DNA of 64,000 nucleotides from Octopus sinensis (Eukaryota), in contig NC_043013.1 of assembly GCF_006345805.1 (NCBI RefSeq), positions 39,122,001 through 39,186,000 of the forward strand, written 5' to 3'. Below, piece after piece: positions 55,362 to 64,000 of this stretch; position 1 is the stretch's first letter; every line of letters begins with the position of its first letter. The position numbers were made by a program, and so were the translations under genes. The notes below the pieces were generated by a model, which had not been told where the DNA came from, ran no database searches, and saw nothing but the letters and a program-made list of their open reading frames with translations.

Positions 55362-55703
55362 AGGCGGCGAGCTGGCAGAAACGTTAGCACGTCTGCCATT
55401 ACGTTCTGAGTTCAAATTCCACCGAGGCTGACTTTGCCTTTCATCCTTTCGGGGTCGATTAAATAAGTACCAGTTACGCACTGGGGTCGATGTAATCGAC
55501 TTAATCCGTGTGTCTGTCCTTGTTTGTCCTCTCTGTGTTTAGTTCCTTGTGGGTAGTGAAGAAATAGGTATTTCGTCTGTCTTTACGTTCTTTCATCCTT
55601 TCAGGGTCGATAAATTAATTACCAGTTGCACACTTTGGTTGGTCTAATCGACTGGCCCCTTACCCCCAAATTTCGGGCCTTGTGCCAAGAGTAGAAAAGA
55701 ATA
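55362..55703 (+). mobile_element. Family C SINE dimer
   Basis: The second unit starts at GTATTTCGTCTGTC right after the first tail. Confidence 0.8.
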
Positions 55704-56416
55704 TTAAAATGCGATGCATTTCGAATCTAAATCACGTTCGGAAGTGCAGAAAATTCTTGTTTTAGTATGCATGTAAAGGTGCTATTTGAATTTTGTTTTT
55801 TCTCTGTGAAGATACAAGTTATATAAAGTTAACATATTTCTTTGTTTTCGTATATATTACATATATAAATGTGTATATATGTGTACAAATCTATGTATTT
55901 ATGTGTACCTATAGCTTATTAAAATACTAATTTTGTTCATTACCTCTATAACTGTATAACTGTATAAGAAAATATATATTCAGCCCTCATCGAAAATCAT
56001 TACTACATTACTACCAGGGATATTTTACCAATAACAAAATAAATTCTCTCCTTGATTGCTGTAACCGACTTTCTAATCCTTTTTGAATTTGTAGATTTTT
56101 CCCAGCCAGACGAATTACCTTCTCAATGAATTATTATGTAGATGTTTGAGCATACACCACAACTGAAATAGTCAGGTAGACCCTGCGTGGCATAATATAT
56201 GGAGAGGGTCTATTCTGAATTGCGTACAATTTCTGTTTACCGACATTCATTGACAAAACAAGGCTCAACCTTGAGAGCTGATGAAACAGAGTTGCCTAAG
56301 ATACTGCGGAATGAAATTGAACCGGGGTCTTCAATATTGCGAAATAAGATTTGTAACCATTCGGTCTTTCTACTTCCACATATACATATACAAGCACACG
56401 CAAAGAGGCATACACA

Positions 56417-56450
<34 letters not shown>

Positions 56451-56461
56451 ACACCCACCCA

Positions 56462-56493
<32 letters not shown>

Positions 56494-57145
56494 AATTTTA
56501 TGCTTTAATATTGATTTATGGAGGAAGTGAGCTAATGTGCAGAACGAACATTTGAGCACCGTAAACAAACAGTTTCTGAATGTTGTTCAGCAAGATACCA
56601 CAGAATCTTCCGTCTCAGACCCCAGAGACTACCATATCTCAGTCTGTCTGTCTGTCTGTCTGTCTGTCTGTTTCTCCCCCTTCATCTCTTTCTCTCTTGA
56701 AGGACTTATCAGGCTTGCTTATTTACACATCACACATTGAGTACTGCGATTAAAATACAAGTACTGTTGTCAGTTCATTTGGCTAAACCCTGTTTTTGTT
56801 ACCACTTTTACCCCTCCGCAAAAAATCTCAAATTTTATTTAATTTGCTTTGCGGGAAGGACTGTTTCCACGAAGTCGTGTCTCGCCTTTACCTTCGAAAC
56901 ACGGAGTAGACGAAACAGAGGCGGCCGAAGAAGGGGAATTTTCCTTGTGTTGTATGTCTTTTACTCTGTTTTTTCGTTGTTTAAAAAAATGTCCGCTTCC
57001 TCGGTTTTGTTTTTATGTTTTCGTTTCTCATTGTGTTCGACGTTTTTTTTGTGTCTTGTAGCCATATATGCATGCATATATACATATAGATGTAGGTACG
57101 TACATATATGTATGTATATTGCATATGTTTTATTTATTATTTTGT

Positions 57146-57185
<40 letters not shown>

Positions 57186-57479
57186 TTATCAGTAATAATT
57201 AGGGTGAAATTAATTAATTTGGAATAATCATTAATTTGACCAAGTAGATTTCGGCATGTAAAAGCCTCATTCGAGGAAAGTTTAAGTAATACTAAGTAAT
57301 TAAGGGTTTAGCAACGATTTGCTCACACACACAACCGAATTTAGAAATAGCAGTCAAAGAGTTATAGCTATTCTTTCTACTAAAAGGGAGATCTCAGTAA
57401 AACCACAGCACTTGAAAGGCAAACACAGACAGGCAAGAGAGAAAGAAATGACGCGAATCTATCATACAATTTTAAGTCA

Positions 57480-57570
57480 CCTACGGACGTACGTTTCGAA
57501 ATTAAGTTTTAGGAAAGCATAAGAATTAGATAATTATGTCTTACCCAACTTCTTTTCTCATCAGCGTAGG
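57480..57570 (-). ncRNA. Type I hammerhead ribozyme copy
   Basis: Reverse complement of 58351-58440 with an intact core. Confidence 0.85.
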
Positions 57571-58060
57571 ACACTACAATTATGAATAATTGTATATTAA
57601 ATTTCGAGGTACTAGAAGGCATCATCTCAACTCAGTATCAGAGCGAGCTAAAGCCGTTACCAGTATCACCAAATTCAAAGTGTGAATGAAAGTTTGTGTC
57701 ACCAACCCCCTCCCACCAGCGTGCAGCCAAGACAAGATGTTGTGGTCATTTACTGGGATGAAATATGGTTATCAGTAATAATATAGGGTGAAATTAATTA
57801 ATTTAGAATAATCATTAATTTGACCAAGTAGATTTCGCATGTAAAGCCTCATTCGAGGAAAGTTTAAGTAATACTAAGTAATTAAGGGTTTAGCAACGAT
57901 TTGCCTCACCACACACCGAATTTAGAAATAGCAGTCAAAGAGTTATAGCTATTCTTTCTACTAAAAGGGAGATCTCAGTAAAACCACAGCACTTGAAAGG
58001 CAAGCACAGACAGGCAAGAGAGAAAGAAATGACGGCAATCTATCATACAATTTTAAGTCA

Positions 58061-58151
58061 CCTACGGACGTACGTTTCGAAATTAAGTTTTAGGAAAGCA
58101 TAAGAATTAGATAATTATGTCTTACCCAACTTCTTTTCTCATCAGCGTAGG
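58061..58151 (-). ncRNA. Type I hammerhead ribozyme copy
   Basis: As above, intact core. Confidence 0.85.
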
Positions 58152-58350
58152 ACACTACAATTATGAATAATCACCACAACATCTTGTCTTGGCTGCACGC
58201 TGGTGGGAAGGGGTTGGTGACACAAACTTTCATTCACACTTTGAATTTGTGTTATACTGGTAACGGCTTTAGCTCGCTCTGATACTGAGTTGAGATGATG
58301 ATGCCTCTAGTACCTCGAAATTTAATATACAATTATTCATATTGTAGTGT

Positions 58351-58440
58351 CCTACGCTGATGAGAAAAGAAGTTGGGTAAGACATAATTATCTAATTCTT
58401 ATGCTTTCCTAAAACTTATTTCGAAACGTACGTCCGTAGG
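58351..58440 (+). ncRNA. Type I hammerhead ribozyme with long helix II and palindromic helix III
   Basis: CCUACG CUGAUGA GAAA..(extended stem)..UUUC GAAA CGUACG UC^CGUAGG. Helix I is 6 bp, the core is canonical and the triplet is GUC. Confidence 0.85.
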
Positions 58441-58930
58441 TGACTTAAAATTGTATGATAGATTGCCGTCATTTCTTTCTCTCTTGCCTGTCTGTGTTTG
58501 CCTTTCAAGTGCTGTGGTTTTACTGAGATCTCCCTTTTAGTAGAAAGAATAGCTATAACTCTTTGACTGCTATTTCTAATTCGGTGTGTGGTGAGGCAAA
58601 TCGTTGCTAAACCCTTAATTACTTAGTATTACTTAAACTTTCCTCGAATGAGGCTTTTACATGCCGAAATCTACTTGGTGAAATTAATGATTATTCTAAA
58701 TTAATTAATTTCACCCTATATTATTACTGATAACCATATTTCATCCCAGTAAATGACCACAACATCTTGTCTTGGCTGCACGCTGGTGGGAAGGGGTTGG
58801 TGACACAAACTTTCATTCACACTTTGAATTTGGTGATACTGGTAACGGCTTTAGCTCGCTCTGATACTGAGTTGAGATGATGCCTTCTAGTACCTCGAAA
58901 TTTATATACAATTATTCATAATTGTAGTGT

Positions 58931-59025
58931 CCTACGCTGATGAGAAAAGCAGTTGGGGAGCGATTGACATAATTATCTAATTCTTATGCTTTCCTAAAAC
59001 TTAATTTCGAACGTACGTCCGTAGG
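58931..59025 (+). ncRNA. Hammerhead copy, degenerate
   Basis: GAA instead of GAAA, plus a small insertion in helix II. Confidence 0.6.
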
Positions 59026-59812
59026 TGACTTAAAATTGTATGATAGATTCGCGTCATTTCTTTCTCTCTTGCCTGTCTGTGTTTGCCTTTCAAGTGCTGT
59101 GGTTTTACTGAGATCTCCCTTTTAGTAGAAAGAATAGCTATAACTCTTTGACTGCTATTTCTAAATTCGGTGTGTGGTGAGGCAAATCGTTGCTAAACCC
59201 TTAATTACTTAGTATATATATATATATATATGAATAGGGCACCAATATCGCTCTCTTCTTTACAAGTTCCCTTTCCAGCCCCAAGTTTTTGATTCAGTCT
59301 CTCTGCCGGTTACATTCGCCAGCTATCAACTACTGTATCCCTAGCTGACCAAGTCTTTTGTATATATCTGTAGGCAATAGATGTACTCATCATGCTGCTA
59401 TTTATTATTTACTTTCAGGGAATACAAATTCAGAGGAGGAAGGAGATTATGAATACAGTAAAAAGAAATCTAAAAAAAAAAATAATCAGAACACTAAATT
59501 AGGTTTGATAAAGAAGGTGGCATGCAAGAAAGATAAACATACTTTAGTAATTAGTTCTATCTTAGTCTCCATATCTTCCTTTGAGAAACTTCTATTCTTC
59601 TGATTATATGACATTTCTTTTGATCTGTTTCCATTTTTCTTACTGTACTTATCTATATTTAAATATTGATTCTTCCTTTGTATTATGAAACAGCTGTAAA
59701 CGAATGTAATAAACATCTACTTTCTCACCTCACTTCTCTTGTGTGCTTTTTATACATACATACATACATACATACATACATACATACTACAACATACATA
59801 CATAATATATAT

Positions 59813-59877
<65 letters not shown>

Positions 59878-59882
<5 letters not shown>

Positions 59883-60590
59883 AATATGTTCATTACTCGG
59901 TAGTCAAGATAAAACTCTGAGAGTAATTTCAAGGCCAGGTTCAATAACCACACTTTGAGCTTTAGGCACTGGAACAAAAGAAAAGCGACACAATTATCTA
60001 ATCATATTTGGTCTTTAAGAGATAAAGGTGTCGATTATAACATACAATGGAAGATTTTGGCCAGATGTAAGCCCTATACCAACGGCAACGGAAGGTGCGG
60101 TCTATGCGACATGGAGAGATGGCTTATCTGGAAAAGCAGCTTAGACCCTACTACATGTCTAAATACAAGACAGAGCTTTTCGGATCATGCCCACAGGTGA
60201 CTAAATTTCTGTTACGTTTTTGGTGCCCTAAAGAAAACAGATAGAACATGCTTTCTATGTTATGTTCCAAGAAGAATTTATATATTTTTTATATATTTTT
60301 ATGTATTTTATATAATTTTTATGACGAAAAATGCGAGCGATGTATAAGTACGCAGGCAAGCAGAGTTATAAACACAGTAATTTCCCTTTATTTAACGGTA
60401 TTTTTTCATAGCGTTTTCAAATAGCCAGATAACCGAAGAGATGGTGTTGTGGATTTCCACTTCGGCATCTGAAACTCAGAGTTTTATCTTGACTACCGAG
60501 TAATGTAACATATTATTGTATAGATAAATTTCCTCTATTTACATAATATTGAGGTCTCTTTCTTTCTTTTGTTATCTTACCGTTTTATCA

Positions 60591-60591
<1 letters not shown>
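59878..60591 (+). mobile_element. 5'-truncated Penelope-like element: GIY-YIG endonuclease C-terminus, 3' UTR and inverted 5' piece
   Basis: FKARFNNHTLSFRHWNKRKATQLSNHIWSLRDKGVDYNIQWKILARCKPYTNGNGRCGLCDMERWLIW..LNTR matches the PLE GIY-YIG pattern. 59878-59922 is the reverse complement of 60475-60520. (TA)n flanks both sides. Confidence 0.85.
60428..60488 (+). ncRNA. Hammerhead-like motif in the PLE 3' UTR
   Basis: GAUAA CCGAAGA GAUG..CAUC U GAAA CUC A GAG UU^UUAUC. It has a U4C change and one extra nucleotide before GAAA. Confidence 0.55.
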
Positions 60592-60623
<32 letters not shown>

Positions 60624-60917
60624 GTTTTATATCCGTGTATGTGGGATATATAATATAACGAAGCAGGGTGGGGAAGAGAGTAATTACACATCGCAAAACG
60701 ATTACTATTACCCGAAACTCACGTTCTTAATCACGGCTCATAGTGAACTGCTACCAACCCCAACTGCTGATGACTAGACAGTTGTCTATTTAATAGGAAT
60801 GTCTCAGTCAACTTTTAGTCACATGGAGGAGGGGATTGGAATCCTTTCACAACATACATACATACATACATACATACATACATACATACATACATACATG
60901 CATACATACATACATAC

Positions 60918-61478
60918 ATTCATGCATGGTGGCTGCCCCTCGTTATCGAGTATGGCCATTGCACGAAGCTTAATCAATGTTGTTATCGTGCAATGCCTGT
61001 ACAAGAAGATTTTTTTAAAGTGAGGAAAGGCTGTGCACTGAGTCAATCCCACTCACTAAGCAACAGCAGCCATATTCCGAAAAGAAGAACAAGTCAACAT
61101 CATCGGTAACCACTGAGCCGCAGCTTTTATGTCGGAGTTATCCCAGTTACCTGAGTTACCTTCTCCTAGAGGGATGCCCTAACAAAGGCTAGGATTTCTT
61201 CACTCCCAATGGTTTAACCGCCCGATCGGATATTCAGTCCAATTATTTCTATGTCCCCGCGCATGATACAGCCTTAAGACATTTATTGGATGGCCGTTGA
61301 CTCTCAAGAGTTCCTCCGCCCTTTGACGGGTTTTGCTTTTCATCCCGCAGGGTGTCCAATAAACACCCTCCTCACCAAGTAAGCTTGGTGGGGTTGCCGG
61401 TTTAGTCGCCGACGACCCGACCATGCAATAGGTTGTACTGGGTTACATGTTACCAGTAGCACTCGAAAGTGGCCTGGC
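60918..61478 (-). mobile_element. RTE-derived non-autonomous retroposon with (ATGT)n tail
   Basis: The minus strand has GGGCATCCCTCTAGGAGAAGGTAACTC (typical of RTE 5' UTRs), no ORF, and ends in the (TGTA)n tract at 60855-60918. Confidence 0.55.
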
Positions 61479-61499
61479 ACATACATACATACACACACA

Positions 61500-61539
<40 letters not shown>

Positions 61540-64000
61540 TAAAATATATTATAAGTATATATGCATAAAATATATTATAAGTATATATGCATAAAATATA
61601 TTATATGTATATATGCATATACATATATATGCATAAAATATATTATACACGTGAATACTTCACATACGTATCGCAAGAAATACCGGCAAACAATGTTGTG
61701 GATTGTAAATTTTATTGAGATATACACACATGAATACAGTAATACTGATTAAAATATGCAATATATCAATTCACATAAGATATTGTGCACATAGTTATGA
61801 AGTTTTCATAAATATATATTGATGATCATGTGTTGAACAGCAAATAATTATATTGTTTCGTAGATATCTCTTCTTTTGAAGGTGAGTGAAAGTTGTGGGT
61901 GAAAGTGAGTGAAAATATGTCTGGAGTAAATACAAAAGGGAGGACAAGGGGAGGAAAGTGAGTGCGAAGGTTGGCAAAAAGAGAAAAATGTAAAAGAAGA
62001 AACATCTAAAGAAAATTATGAATATTATTAAAGCTCTGACTTTCTTTTGTTCGGTTTGAAACTGCATCTCACTTTCGAATGAAACATGGATACATGTAAA
62101 ATTCCCGAAGCAAATTCAAAAGCTAAAGCCGAGTTTGATACAATAATAGAATGAAATATAATTGCAATTTAGGCCAGAAGGAATGAATGGTCATGCCATC
62201 GCATGGAAAGTCGAAAAGAAGCAGAATGAATTTTATTTTTTAAATTCAAAATACAGAAATTGTAAAATACAGATGAAAATTGATTACATGAAAGAAAATT
62301 GTAAATTATGAGTTTCCCTGTAATAATATTAATTGTTTTAAACATTCAAATATATTATTAAAAATCGATGATGCATCTTAATACCACTTGGGCCACACTA
62401 CTGTTTGAAAATCACCGTAGTTGATAAATAAGCAAAAGAAGAAAGCTAATGTCAGCACCAGACAGTTACTGAATACACCCGTTTGTAAAAAGGTTTGCTG
62501 AAAACAACCATAATCGTTTCTTAGTGCAAGGATGAATAACAATATTTGTGAAAAGCGGTAAGTTATAATAAACCGGATGTGACTATAAATTTCAGCTGAC
62601 ACATGAGATACAAAAGATTGATGGCAATGTTGCAAGTTCAGAAGCAGGCGGATTAAAAAAAAAATTAAGTTTCAATACAATCTGAAGATGTGACAGCCAT
62701 TCCTCTTGTTTTCATATAGGAAGGCTAAACACCGCGAAGCAATGTTACATCTGGCAGCGCAAGCAAGTCTTGATGAAGCATTTACGCGTTTATAGGTTTT
62801 TGAGAAGGTGTATGAGTTCAATGACCTTGTAAACCTGTCGGACTGTATGGCAGAAGTTATCGCTTTCTCTGTGAAAATAAAATGTAAAACAAAAAGATGT
62901 TAAGATTCTATCTTTCGCATATATAATAATCTTAAATAGATATATTTATAAATCATTGTGAACCATGTCTTTCGCCTTTAACACTGCACCTCTAGTTGAA
63001 TTGCATCTTAAGAATAAACGAACTTCCTCTTTCTTAATCGTGGGGAGGGGACGTCCGGCAGTCCGTTTTCCTATCCCCCTACCATGCAGACGAACCCCCT
63101 TTGTGACTATAAATCTTAAATATACCCCACCCCCATGTATGTCGTGGTGATGTACCTTCCTACAAAACCATTTGAACTTGCTTTGTTTTGATTTAACAAA
63201 CTCATTCTACGGTAAGCGTCGACCGTGTAATCACTGAGAATGCGCATGTCGAGAATTGAAAAAAAATTTTTTTTAAATATCATTAATTGCAAAATACGTG
63301 TATTCATTAATTAATTCATTAATCAATTAAAAAATTCGTTGGAAACAGCTGTAATGTATTGACACCTAGCCATCGTTTGTTATTTATTGATTTATTATTC
63401 ACCTCCCTTGGAACCTGCCCTTCGCGTGTTCCGAAGTATATTATGGACCGTATATTTAATATAATGTGCGTTTTTGAATAAGCCCCTTTCTGAATTATCC
63501 CAAGGTCTGATGATATACTTAGTTTTGTTCAATTGATTGTATACTTAATCTGAAAATCCTTCTGCCAGTACTTCTGTACAAATGTTGGTATTCGTCAAAA
63601 ATTACTGTGTATGCATTTTAATTCTGACCTAATCCGGTGCCTTATTCACTAGAATCTTAATATACATATGTACATATTTGTATTTATGCGTGCATGTATG
63701 TATGTATGTATGTATGTATGTATATTTAATGTACTGTTCCGTATGTGTGTATGTGAGAGACAGCGGTAAAGAAGAAGAAAGATTCTCAGATCGATCAGTC
63801 TGTACAACATTGTCACCGGTACCAATTTCATTTGTTGGGTGAAAAATTATCTCGGTTTACCACTAGCGACAACATTAAGCAGAATCCGAGAATTTAGTGT
63901 TTAATAAGAAAAGTGGTCAAGAGATTTATATACTACTAGCATTAAAGACCCGTGGTTGCCGTGTCATAGTGCTAGTGCATGTATATATGTGTATATATAT

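Larger units (their letters stand above)
57181..59214. repeat. ~2-kb palindromic array of a ~580-nt hammerhead-bearing unit
   Basis: 57181-58170 holds 1.7 units, with restarts at 57181 and 57764. 58171-59214 holds 1.8 units in reverse orientation. (TA)n flanks both ends. Confidence 0.92.

Noticed and set aside
61340-61478. HDV-like ribozyme at the RTE-like 5' end
   Set aside because: P4 and J4/2-like parts are present, but I could not place P2 and P3 in the required nested order by eye.
63200-63260. CpG-rich patch with TGCGCATG (NRF1-like promoter motif)
   Set aside because: A single short motif with no associated exon, so there is not enough support.

Overview
AT-rich, repeat-dense animal genomic DNA. 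The SINE families, microsatellite load and gene style suggest a cephalopod, probably Octopus (inference). Only two host genes are supported. The last two coding exons of a HELLS/LSH-like SNF2 helicase lie on + (4138-4332, 5047-5180). A convergent gene on - has two PAN/Apple-domain exons (33469-33699, 28146-28336) and a possible TATA-driven 5' exon near 35.7 kb. The rest is mobile DNA: three or more tRNA-derived SINE families, Tc1/mariner/pogo elements and MITEs, nested and tandem non-autonomous Helitrons, HERO-like and R4/Dong-like RLE LINE fragments, a Gypsy gag relic, an RTE-derived element and Penelope-like (PLE) pieces. The most striking signal is a set of unrelated non-coding repeat families carrying type I hammerhead ribozyme (HHR) motifs in tandem and inverted arrangements next to (TA)n. 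These include a ~2 kb palindromic array of a ~580-nt unit with four HHRs (57181-59214), a ~460-nt unit array (13640-14955), and a GIY-YIG PLE 3' end whose inverted 5' junction breaks inside its own HHR helix III (59878-60591). Coordinates were read by eye and may be off by a few bases.
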